From Bradymonadia bacterium (GTDB lineage: Bacteria > Myxococcota_A > Bradymonadia > UBA7976 > UBA1532): DNA of 64,000 nucleotides. Every line of letters begins with the position of its first letter. Positions within the stretch are counted from its first letter, which is position 1. Shown in pieces: positions 36,990 through 46,004 of the stretch. The notes under the pieces are model-generated. The model was not told where the DNA came from, did no database searches, and saw only the letters and a list, made by a program, of their open reading frames with translations. The DNA lies in NCBI GenBank assembly GCA_046290225.1, contig JBKAGE010000036.1, positions 288,001 through 352,000 of the forward strand. The letters are read 5' to 3'. The position numbers were made by a program, and so were the translations under genes.

Positions 36990-39900
36990 ATGGAGACGTG
37001 CACCTTCATCGATGTGAGCCGCGCAACGAAACGTGAGCGAGTCGGAGTGTCCGAATCCAGCTTCATCGGCATCACCATCGCCCAGCGCTACCGGGTCGAG
37101 CGGAAGCTCGGCCAGGGTCCTGTGGGCACCTTGTATGCCGGCCGCCATCTCGACACCGATCAACAGGTGGCGATCAAAATTCTCAACCCGGACTTTGTCC
37201 CAGGTACACCTGAGGTCGATGCCGCCCTCGCCGATGGGCGAACAGCCTCCGAGCTGGCGCACCCTCACCTCGTGCCCATGCTCGATCAGGGCGTACACGA
37301 GTCCCGCTTCGTGTACATCGTCGAGCCCCTGCTCGAGGGTCAGTCTCTCGCTGATCAGCTCGGTGATGGACCACTCCCGGTCGAAGACGTAGTGCGTATG
37401 GGGCGTGGGGTGCTTCGTGGCATCGGCGGTCTGCACGATGCGGGTTTGACGCACCTCGACCTCAAGCCATCGAACATCTTCCTCATCGACGAGGGCGACG
37501 GTCGGCAACGCCCGGTGGTGAGTGGCGTGGGCATCGCCCACCTGCTCCGCCTCGATGATGCCCGGAAGGGGGCTCGGGGCCGATGCCTCGCTCGGCCTGA
37601 GTACCTGGCCCCAGAGTGCATCAAACGCGGTGGCCAGCCCGACGCGCGCAGCGACATCTATGCCTTTGGCGTGTTGATGTACGAGGCCCTCACGGGCCGT
37701 CCGCCTTTCACGGGCAACAACTTCTCCAGCACCGCCAAGCGCCATGTGTACGAGAAGCCCTTGAGCGTGCGTCTGGTCCGCCCTCAATCGGGGATCCCCG
37801 AGAACCTCGACGCGTTGGTCATGCAGTGCCTCGGCAAGGCCTTCAAGGATCGCTTCGAGACCGTCGCCGCGGTGGCCAGGGCATTGTACCAGCTGGTCGA
37901 ATCAGGCCTTGGCGGTGATGCCCTCAGGGCAGAGCCCTCTTTTGCAGGCCCTCCCCCGCTGGCGCTGATCGCCGCCGGCGCCACGCTCCTCGACCATCCT
38001 GCAGTGCCCACACCAGAGGAAGACGCTGGAGACGTTGAGCAAGGTGGGGAAGCGCCAGTCTCTGCAGACGGTGCGCCTACAGTGCTCGATGTGCCTGCAG
38101 TGAGCCTCCCCGCAGCAGAGCTGGAGGATACTGCAGAGCCTGAAGAGGCCGTGAAGCCTGAAGAGGCAGCAGAGCCAGAGGCTGACGCAGAAGAAGACAC
38201 CTCTACGGAAGTGGCTGAGACTGCAAAGTCGCCTGAACCAGAGTCGCCTGAGCCAGAATCGCCTGAGCCAGAATCGCCTGCAGACAAGACTTCTGAGCAG
38301 GCTGAGGATGCTGAAGCCTCCACCGACGAGTCCGAGAGTGGCGTGCCCGACACGGCTGTTTCGGCGTCAGAGGTCGATGAAGACGAGGTCACAGAAGACG
38401 AGGTCAATGACTCGGAGGCTGCCGGCTCTGAAACCCATGAGCCAGACCCTCAACAGGGAGACACACAGACTCAGGCAGAGCAGGCGCCAGAGAGTACCGA
38501 CGAGCCTGCCGCGGCAACCATCGGAGCAGCTGCCGACACAGCGCCCGCAGAGGACGACACTTCAGAAGACGCCGAGGCAGCTTCTCCTGCGACCGAAGAC
38601 AGCCCTTCTGAAAACGAGACAGCAGCCTCTGAAGACGAGCCCAGTGAAGAGGGGCTCACTCAAGAGGTCGCAGCAGCCAGTCCTGAAGAAGGCTCGGAGG
38701 CCGCTGAGGATGCGCCCTCCGCACAAGAAGCATCTGCTGATTCGAAGAGTGCACCCAACGCTTCAGACACAGAGTCCGGCTCGGAGACACCCGAGGCCAG
38801 CACTTCGACAACCGAATCAGATGCAGACTCTGCATCTTCTGCCGAGCCAAGTGCCGAACCGGACACTGATGGTGATCCCGAAGAGCCCGCTGTAGTCGCA
38901 GCGGAGTCGCCCGAGAAGGCCGAAGCGGAGGCATACACCGAAGCGTCCGGACCTGCAGAGCAGACCGCTCAGTCCAACACCTCGCAGGGGCAGAGCAACC
39001 GGGGCAAGCGCAACAAGCGTGGCAAGAAGAAGAAGCGCGGCAAGCGGCGCTCCTCTCCTTCCCTGCCTGTTGTGCCTGCGGTCAAAGCCGACACTGCTCA
39101 AGAGGCAACAGCTCAGAAACAGGCCCAGGCCTCCACTGACGAGACAGTGGAAGAGCCCCAGCCAGCTCCAGAGAAGAAGGCTTCTGAAAAGTCAGGCCCA
39201 ACAAAGGCGGCCCCTACAAAGGCAGCTTCCAAGGACAAACAAGCTGCAGCGGCGCGACAGGCCACCGAGCCAGGCAAGGGTGACGAGACCAACCAGGAGA
39301 ACGGGATCCATAAGGCCAGCGAGTCTGGCGTGCATCTCGACACCTGGTTCGTCGATGGTGACAGCGTCGAGCAGCTCGAAGAGCAGCAATCGAAGCTCTC
39401 CGTGTACCAGGTGCCCGAGGAGAAGGAGCGCAGCTTCTTCCTCCCTGTCCTCCTCTCCGTCGCTGCGCTCGTGGGCGGGCTCATGCTGTACTTCTCCAGC
39501 AGCACACAGCCCTCCACCGATGCTCCAGACGCCGAGGCCACTGTCGCCGACCAGACACCCGAGCCCGTGAAGCCTCCAGGCGCCGACCCCAAACCCGAGG
39601 CCACACCTCCGAAACCTCCAGCAAACCCTGCTCTGCAGATCGAGCAAGCGGCGCGGCAGGCCTTCGAAGAGCAAAAGTGGTCCGGCAGTCAGGACGCCCT
39701 TGCTGAGCGCTTGCAGGCCCTACGCGCCTTGCAGCCCACCAACAAGGTGGCCAGCAGGCTGGAGAGTCGGGCCGTGAACCGTCTGCTCGCCGAGAGCGAC
39801 GACGCCCAGAAGAAGGGCGACTGGACACTCGCCGAGACCCACCTTCGCCATGCTGGGCTGATCTCGCCCAAGAACCCCCTGATCAGCACGGCTCAGGAGA

Positions 39901-40772
39901 ACCTGGCCAAAGCCCGCACGATGGCTTCGAAGAATGCAGCCCAAGCAGCTGAACAAGCCGCCGCCCAAGCAGCAGCAGAGAAGGCTGCTGCTGAGCAAGC
40001 CGCCGCGGAGAAAGCTGCTGCCGAAAAGGCAGCTGCGGACAAGGCTGCCGCTGAGAAGGCCGCTGCAGACAAAGCCGCCGCCGAAAAAGCTGCTGCCGAA
40101 AAAGCTGCCGCTGAGAAAGCTGCCGCTGAGAAAGCTGCCGCTGAGAAAGCTGCCGCAGCAAAGGCCGCTGCAGATAAAGCAGCCGCAGACAAAGCAGCCG
40201 CAGACAAAGCTGCTCAGCTCGCGGCCTCTCAGAAGGCCGCCCAAGCACAGGCCCTCAAAGACAAGCGTGCAGCTGAGAAGGCCGCGGCAGCACGTAAGCG
40301 CCGTGAGGCCGCAGAGGCGCGTAAGAAGCGAGAGGCAGAGGCCAAGGCAAAGCGAGACGCCGCCAAGGCTGCTGAGCGAAAGGCAGCCACCGAGCGTAAA
40401 GCGGAAGCCAAACGCCTCGTGGGTGTAGGCAAGGTCCACATCCGCAATGCCAAATGGTCCGAAGCGCGCAAGAGCTACTCAGCAGCGATCAAGCTCGACA
40501 AGAGCAACGCTGCTGCATATGCCGGGCTGGGCAAAGTGGCCTTCCAGGAGCAGAAGTTCTCCGAGTCGGTCCGCAACGCCGAGCGCAGCGTGAAGCTGTC
40601 TCCTCGCAACGCCGATTACCGCGTCAGCCTCGGCCTCGCGTACTTCAAACTCAAGAAGTTCGGTCAGGCCAAGAGCGCTTGGGAAAAGGCTCTCACGCTC
40701 TCACCGAGTGCCTCGACCAAGCAGACCGCCAACAAATATCTGAAGATTGTCGAGAAGCGCCTGAAGAACTGA
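36990..40772 (+). CDS. Membrane Ser/Thr kinase-like protein with long acidic linker, TolA-like repeats and C-terminal TPRs
   Basis: VAIK, HLDLKPSN, YLAPE and SDIYAFG; one TM (FFLPVLLSVAALVGGLMLYF); AAAEK repeats; TPRs. Confidence 0.9.
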   Translation: METCTFIDVSRATKRERVGVSESSFIGITIAQRYRVERKLGQGPVGTLYAGRHLDTDQQVAIKILNPDFVPGTPEVDAALADGRTASELAHPHLVPMLDQGVHESRFVYIVEPLLEGQSLADQLGDGPLPVEDVVRMGRGVLRGIGGLHDAGLTHLDLKPSNIFLIDEGDGRQRPVVSGVGIAHLLRLDDARKGARGRCLARPEYLAPECIKRGGQPDARSDIYAFGVLMYEALTGRPPFTGNNFSSTAKRHVYEKPLSVRLVRPQSGIPENLDALVMQCLGKAFKDRFETVAAVARALYQLVESGLGGDALRAEPSFAGPPPLALIAAGATLLDHPAVPTPEEDAGDVEQGGEAPVSADGAPTVLDVPAVSLPAAELEDTAEPEEAVKPEEAAEPEADAEEDTSTEVAETAKSPEPESPEPESPEPESPADKTSEQAEDAEASTDESESGVPDTAVSASEVDEDEVTEDEVNDSEAAGSETHEPDPQQGDTQTQAEQAPESTDEPAAATIGAAADTAPAEDDTSEDAEAASPATEDSPSENETAASEDEPSEEGLTQEVAAASPEEGSEAAEDAPSAQEASADSKSAPNASDTESGSETPEASTSTTESDADSASSAEPSAEPDTDGDPEEPAVVAAESPEKAEAEAYTEASGPAEQTAQSNTSQGQSNRGKRNKRGKKKKRGKRRSSPSLPVVPAVKADTAQEATAQKQAQASTDETVEEPQPAPEKKASEKSGPTKAAPTKAASKDKQAAAARQATEPGKGDETNQENGIHKASESGVHLDTWFVDGDSVEQLEEQQSKLSVYQVPEEKERSFFLPVLLSVAALVGGLMLYFSSSTQPSTDAPDAEATVADQTPEPVKPPGADPKPEATPPKPPANPALQIEQAARQAFEEQKWSGSQDALAERLQALRALQPTNKVASRLESRAVNRLLAESDDAQKKGDWTLAETHLRHAGLISPKNPLISTAQENLAKARTMASKNAAQAAEQAAAQAAAEKAAAEQAAAEKAAAEKAAADKAAAEKAAADKAAAEKAAAEKAAAEKAAAEKAAAEKAAAAKAAADKAAADKAAADKAAQLAASQKAAQAQALKDKRAAEKAAAARKRREAAEARKKREAEAKAKRDAAKAAERKAATERKAEAKRLVGVGKVHIRNAKWSEARKSYSAAIKLDKSNAAAYAGLGKVAFQEQKFSESVRNAERSVKLSPRNADYRVSLGLAYFKLKKFGQAKSAWEKALTLSPSASTKQTANKYLKIVEKRLKN
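39937..40215 (+). repeat. Coding repeat AAA(E/D)(K/Q)
   Basis: About 17 pentapeptide units encoded by GCTGCCGCTGAGAAA-like 15-mers. Confidence 0.9.
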
Positions 40773-40881
40773 TCAGATCTTCTCTGGCAACATCTGCCAT
40801 CTCACCCGACACACAACAGGAAAATTTCGGTGACACGGCAGTGAGTACGCCACCCGCTGCGCCCGAAATAGATACTGCCTT

Positions 40882-41068
40882 CTACAGGCTGAAGTCTCTC
40901 TTCAGCTACAGAAGTCTCTCTTCAGCTACAGGCGCGTCAGCGCCGTCCGCTACAGCTCTCGCCTTCGGCGAGGCGTCCGCTACAGGCTGTCGCCAAAGGC
41001 GATGACCGTCCGCTACAGACGGCGCGCAGCGCGGTCGTCCGCTCAGGTGGCCCGAAGGGCGGCCGCTC
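40882..41068. repeat. Intergenic array of a constant 12-mer with variable hairpin spacers (GTAG-REP-like)
   Basis: CGTCCGCTACAG at 40944, 40974 and 41007, with a variant at 41036; CTACAG also at 40882, 40906 and 40926; perfect 20-bp duplication at 40891-40930. Confidence 0.85.
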
Positions 41069-42133
41069 TCACCACCTACCCGACCAGTTGAACATGGCCC
41101 CCTGACCTGACGGCGTCGGGCTCACGCTGGGCGTCGGCTCAGTGGGCACACCGCCGGGATCGAGTACCAGAAGAGAAATGCCGACACCCAGGGCCGCAGC
41201 GCCGATGCCCAGGGCCCCTGCCCCTGCCCAGCGGGTGTCGTAGACATTGGGACACTCTGTACGGCCGCGGCCATCATCACAGGTGATGTCACCGTCGAGA
41301 TCGATGAGCCAGATGCCACCACCCACCAGCAGAGCACCACCGATGATGCTGCCCCAGCCGTACTGAGCGTAGCTGTCGGTGCGCTCGATGGTGCGCTCGG
41401 TCCGCGTCAATGCCGTCGTCGGCTCCGCCACCACCTTCAAGGGGATCTTCACCGTGATGGGGCCCTTGGCGTCAGCCTTCACCGTCACCGGTCGATCCTC
41501 GGGCTCGAAGCCTGCCTTGCTCAATTTGAGCACATGATCTCCGGGCTTCAGCTTCACCGTGAGGGGGGTCTTGCCCTGGAACACCTCGGCGACGTAGACA
41601 TCCGCCCCTGGGGGGGTGCTTTGTACCTGCACATCCATCGGCGCGTCGGCGGGGGCCTTCTTCGGCGCAGGCGCCTTGAGCTGATCAGCGAGCCCCTTCA
41701 CCGCCTTGGGGATGGTGATCGATGCCACCTCGCCCACAGCGCACAGCTCACAGGTCTCGACCTTCGGCGCCCCGACCTTGCCCTGGGCCGCGTCGTAGAC
41801 CACCACCGTGACCTTGTAGATTTCGTCTTCGCTGATCACGCTGCTCATGACCGCGAAGCGCGCCTTTGCCGCTTGAGTGAGCGCCGCCCCACACTCGGGG
41901 CCAGTACACTTGTCTGCGGTGATTTTTGCCGTGCCCATCGCCGCAGCAGTGCTGTCCCGGCCCACGACTTTACGGGTCCTGGCGACCGCCTTGCGCACAG
42001 CATCGTCGAACTTCGCACGAATGGCGTCGGAGATGCCCGCGCCCACCCTCACGGGCGGACACACCACCTTGTCGGCGAAACTCTCGGTGGGCAGGGCGGC
42101 GAGAATGAGGCAGATGATCGACGTCCGCAGCAT
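41069..42133 (-). CDS. PEGA-domain exported/membrane protein
   Basis: Signal peptide; VQSTPPGADVYV...GKTPL...PGDHVLKLSKAGF; C-terminal hydrophobic helices. Confidence 0.85.
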   Translation of the reverse strand: MLRTSIICLILAALPTESFADKVVCPPVRVGAGISDAIRAKFDDAVRKAVARTRKVVGRDSTAAAMGTAKITADKCTGPECGAALTQAAKARFAVMSSVISEDEIYKVTVVVYDAAQGKVGAPKVETCELCAVGEVASITIPKAVKGLADQLKAPAPKKAPADAPMDVQVQSTPPGADVYVAEVFQGKTPLTVKLKPGDHVLKLSKAGFEPEDRPVTVKADAKGPITVKIPLKVVAEPTTALTRTERTIERTDSYAQYGWGSIIGGALLVGGGIWLIDLDGDITCDDGRGRTECPNVYDTRWAGAGALGIGAAALGVGISLLVLDPGGVPTEPTPSVSPTPSGQGAMFNWSGRW

Positions 42134-42202
42134 GCGCTGGTGTTCTCCTGCTGATAGAGCACCCAGCGATACTGTATCCATCCTGCGACAATGTCGATGC
42201 TT

Positions 42203-42979
42203 TTACCGACTCTCACCCTCGAGAACATCCACCACCATGGCGGTGATGTTGTCGTGACCCCCGGCGGCGAGGGCATCTTCGGTGAGTACCCGGGCGGCCA
42301 CGTTGGGTCGACGACATGTGATGAGACGTTGACGAATGCTCTCGTCAGAGACGAGATCGGTGAGCCCATCCGTGCACAGCAAGAAGCGATCACCGGGCAT
42401 CAGATCCACCTGCTCGACGTCGACAGCGACGTTGGGCGAGAGGCCCAGGGCCCGCACGATGACGTTCTTGTAGGGGAAGCTCGACGCCTCATGGGGTTGC
42501 AACACCCCCAGGCGTAGATACTCGTTCACCAGAGAGTGATCCCAGGTGATCTGCGTCAACCTGCCCCCTCTCAGGTGATAGACCCGGCTGTCACCCACAT
42601 GGGCCACGTGAGCGATGTGCTGGTGCACCCAGATCGCCACGACGGTCGTGCCCATACCCTCGTAGTCAGGCCGCACACGTGCTGAAGCCAGAATCTCCTG
42701 GTTCGCGATGCGCACCGCATCGGCGAGGTAGAGGGCGCTCTGGGTCACCCATGATCCCTGCCCCTGCTGTGTATTGAACGTGGGACGGGTCTCGAACTGG
42801 TTGCGGACTGCTTCGACTGCGAGCTGGCTGGCCACCTCGCCGGAGGCATGGCCACCCATACCGTCGGCGACGACAAAGACCCCCCCACGGGGCATCGCCA
42901 TCCACGCGTCTTCGTTGTGATCTCTGACCCGGCCGACATCAGTGACGACGCCGAACCGGCACACGCCTGGCGCCGTCAT
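42203..42979 (-). CDS. PP2C/Stp1-family Ser/Thr phosphatase
   Basis: TDVGRVRDHNED, VADGMGGH, HVGDSR, CTDGL and GGHDNIT. Confidence 0.95.
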   Translation of the reverse strand: MTAPGVCRFGVVTDVGRVRDHNEDAWMAMPRGGVFVVADGMGGHASGEVASQLAVEAVRNQFETRPTFNTQQGQGSWVTQSALYLADAVRIANQEILASARVRPDYEGMGTTVVAIWVHQHIAHVAHVGDSRVYHLRGGRLTQITWDHSLVNEYLRLGVLQPHEASSFPYKNVIVRALGLSPNVAVDVEQVDLMPGDRFLLCTDGLTDLVSDESIRQRLITCRRPNVAARVLTEDALAAGGHDNITAMVVDVLEGESR

Positions 42980-43578
42980 ACGTCGAGCTTTCGTGCCAGA
43001 GACTTCACTCCATCGTGCTCTGCATCGATGGCCATCAGGCGCTCAAGGTGCCGTTGGGCAATGGGCGCCCGGCCGATCTCGATGAGCTCGTCGGCGATCT
43101 CCAGTCTCAAGCGCACCACCTGGGCGATGCCCTCAGCATCACCGGAGGCGGCTTTGCGCTCCGCCTCCCCCAATGACAGAAGTCGGCCGACCCGCTCTCT
43201 CAAGCGGCTGATGCGCACCGGCTTGGTCATGTAGTCGTCTACACCCGATGCCTGAGCCTGACGCAAGCTCTCACCATCTTCCCGAGCGGTGATCACCATG
43301 ACCGGCAGCTGCCCGGTGTAGTGCATCTTCAGGTAGCGGGTGGTCTCCAGACCGTCGAGACGGGGCATCATGATGTCCATGAGCACCAGGTCGGGCAGGT
43401 TGTTCTGGGTGATCAGGATCGCGTGCTCACCATCGGCCACACGCTTGACCTTCAACCCCATGCTCGCCACCCCCCGAACGATCAGGGCCGCAGCGGCGTC
43501 ATCATCTTCTACGAGTAGGATGTCGTAGGGATGATTCGGCGCTTGCCCCTCGCTCCTGGCGTTTATCGACTCACTCAC
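42976..43578 (-). CDS. Response regulator (receiver plus short helical tail)
   Basis: LLVEDD, DLVLMDIMMP, ITA and TKP. Confidence 0.9.
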   Translation of the reverse strand: MSESINARSEGQAPNHPYDILLVEDDDAAAALIVRGVASMGLKVKRVADGEHAILITQNNLPDLVLMDIMMPRLDGLETTRYLKMHYTGQLPVMVITAREDGESLRQAQASGVDDYMTKPVRISRLRERVGRLLSLGEAERKAASGDAEGIAQVVRLRLEIADELIEIGRAPIAQRHLERLMAIDAEHDGVKSLARKLDV

Positions 43579-43622
43579 GATCCCTCACTCCTCTCCACCT
43601 CAATGCGCTACGGCACCTATGC

Positions 43623-46004
43623 TCACCCTTCGGCGATCTCCCCCGATCGCTCAAGGGGTAGGCTCACTCGGAAGACACTTCCCTCCCCTTTTTGGGAAGA
43701 CACCTTCACCGAGCCGCCCATGCTGTGACACAGCTCCTTGGTGATGGCCAGGCCCAAACCCGAGCCACTGTATCTGCGGGTGCGGGATCCATCTGCCTGA
43801 CGAAACTTCTCGAAAATCGCCGGCAACAGCTCGGTGTCGATGCCGATGCCGGTGTCTCGCACCTCTAGAAAGAGTCGGTCCTGATGGGGCCACAGCTTGA
43901 CCCTCACCTCACCCTCTTCCGTGAACTTGATCGCGTTCGAGACCAGATTCTGCACGATGCGGGTGAACTTGTCCTGATCGATGAGGACCACCCCTACGGC
44001 TTCGTCGACCTCATGGGCCAGGGCGATGCCCTTGCTGTCGGCCATGGGCTTGAGGTGACCCGTGCACTCAGAGAGCAGCTCGCCCACATCGACAGGACGC
44101 ACGTCGATGGTGATCTTGCCCGCCTCGATGCGCGACAGGTCGAGGATGTCCGTGATCAAGGCCAGCAGCTGCTCCGCGTTGCGCATCACCTTGCCGAGAT
44201 TCTCCCGGCTCGTGTCCTTCATCTGACCATCACGGAGCATCACCAGCTCGGTGAACCCGATGATGGCGTTGAGCGGGGTCCGCAGCTCGTGGCTCACGGT
44301 GGCGAGGAACTCGCTCTTGAGCTGGTTCGCCTGCTCGAGTTCGGTGTTCACCTCTTCGAGCTCTCGGGTCTTTTGCTCCAGCGCCACCGCCGAGGTCCGG
44401 ATGGTCTCCACGGATCGCGCGTTGTTCAGGGCCACGGCGATTTGGAAGATCGAGTCTTCGACGAAGTGGCGGACCTCTTCGTCGAAGGGGGTCATGCCCG
44501 CGAGCTCCACCACCCCCATGAGCTCGTCCTGGAAGATCATGGGCACCACCAGGATCGAGCCGGTATGGGCTTCGATGACCCCGGTGATGATCTTGAGATC
44601 GGCGAGGGGCACATCGGCGAAGTGCAGGCTCTCGCGATCCCGGGCGGCCTGACCGACGAGCCCTTCTCCGAACCGGACGCGCTCGAGGAGCATGGCCCCT
44701 CGCAACACCGCAAAGCTCTCGGCGAGGAGCAGCTCCTCGCGGCCAGCCATCTTGAGATACATGCACCCCGCCTTCGCCCCCGTGGCCTGGGACAACGATT
44801 TCAGCGAGAGTCGCAAGATGTCGGAGACGTGCACGCTCCGGTTGAGACCGGTGACGAGCTGATCACGGTGATGCTGTTGCTCTTTGACGCTGATGAGCGA
44901 TCGCGCCAGGTGATTGAACGCACCCCCGAGCTCGCCCAGCTCCGAGACGCCTCCGGGGAGCTTCACTTCGTCCCGAGGCGACTCGCCACGCTCCAGCCTG
45001 CGGGCCAGATCTTTGAGCGCCCAGAGGTCGCGCTCCATGCTGCCGATGAAGGCGCCCATCAGCAGAGCTGCGAGGCCGAACCCCACCACGGTCATGCCGA
45101 TCAGCCAGATCAGGCTGTTGTAGCGGCGGTTCTGGATCTCCGTCATCCGCGTCTCTACGCGCTGACGCTCGTCTGCGGTGAGGGCGGCGGTGTACTCCCA
45201 CAGCGTCTCGAAGTGCTCCAACCATGCGTACTCGAGGGCGATGAATCGCCGCTCCACCGACTCCCGCTTCACCACGTTCACCTGCATTTCAAGAAGCACC
45301 TTGCCGATGCTGTCGATGAGGCCCAGGGTCGGGCGCCTCTGTGCTGATCCGGCCATCTCCCGTATCACTCTGCGGCGGAGCGACTTGAGGTGAGCAAGGT
45401 GCGTGTCCAGCGCCTCCTTCCATGGGGTGAGGGCCTCGGCGCTGGCATATCTCAGCAGTTCGAATGTCTGCAGCAGGTCGATGCTGAAGCGCTCGACGCG
45501 ATCGGCGATTTCCTGGGGCAATGCCGACTCGCCCTGTTGGGAGACCAGACCGTTGGAGCGGCCGGCGATGAGCTGCACTTGCGATGCGAGGGTGGTGCTC
45601 AGCTTCTCGATCTGAACCCGGTGAGCGCTGCGGTTTTCACTCAGCTTTTTGCTCAGATCGTCGAGATGGCTCAGCTCTTCCGAGACCACCACCTTCTTGA
45701 TCTCGCTCTTCTCCCAGTGCTCCGAAGCTTGCTCGATGAGGCCTCGCAGCTGATCTCTCAGGCGCTGACTTTCAGCCTCGAAGGCCTCGCCAGCGCCGCT
45801 GTTGAAGCGCTCTTGAGCGATGCGGAGTCTGTGCATCGTGGTGCGGATCGCCGACTGCTGTCGCACGCTGTCGAACTCGGTGGCCACGAGGGCCTGAGCG
45901 CCTCGGTGCAGTTTGGCGATGTGATAATAGCTGGTGGCGATGAGGGCGCCGCCAGTGATCAGAATCACCAGGCCGATCAGCAGCAGCCGGATCCGCAGGG
46001 TCAT
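43623..46004 (-). CDS. Membrane sensor histidine kinase (HAMP-GAF-HisKA-HATPase)
   Basis: Two TMs, ELGELGGAFN, GEGLVGQAA, SHELRTPLN, NAIKFT, DTGIG and GSGLGL. Confidence 0.95.
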   Translation of the reverse strand: MTLRIRLLLIGLVILITGGALIATSYYHIAKLHRGAQALVATEFDSVRQQSAIRTTMHRLRIAQERFNSGAGEAFEAESQRLRDQLRGLIEQASEHWEKSEIKKVVVSEELSHLDDLSKKLSENRSAHRVQIEKLSTTLASQVQLIAGRSNGLVSQQGESALPQEIADRVERFSIDLLQTFELLRYASAEALTPWKEALDTHLAHLKSLRRRVIREMAGSAQRRPTLGLIDSIGKVLLEMQVNVVKRESVERRFIALEYAWLEHFETLWEYTAALTADERQRVETRMTEIQNRRYNSLIWLIGMTVVGFGLAALLMGAFIGSMERDLWALKDLARRLERGESPRDEVKLPGGVSELGELGGAFNHLARSLISVKEQQHHRDQLVTGLNRSVHVSDILRLSLKSLSQATGAKAGCMYLKMAGREELLLAESFAVLRGAMLLERVRFGEGLVGQAARDRESLHFADVPLADLKIITGVIEAHTGSILVVPMIFQDELMGVVELAGMTPFDEEVRHFVEDSIFQIAVALNNARSVETIRTSAVALEQKTRELEEVNTELEQANQLKSEFLATVSHELRTPLNAIIGFTELVMLRDGQMKDTSRENLGKVMRNAEQLLALITDILDLSRIEAGKITIDVRPVDVGELLSECTGHLKPMADSKGIALAHEVDEAVGVVLIDQDKFTRIVQNLVSNAIKFTEEGEVRVKLWPHQDRLFLEVRDTGIGIDTELLPAIFEKFRQADGSRTRRYSGSGLGLAITKELCHSMGGSVKVSSQKGEGSVFRVSLPLERSGEIAEG

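Noticed and set aside
40454..41005. 183-aa ORF running across the array
   Set aside because: Mostly an out-of-frame overlap with the kinase gene; no RBS or protein-like features.
40882..41068. CRISPR array
   Set aside because: The repeat is only 12 nt and non-palindromic, spacers are about 12-21 nt and self-complementary, and there are no cas genes in the window.
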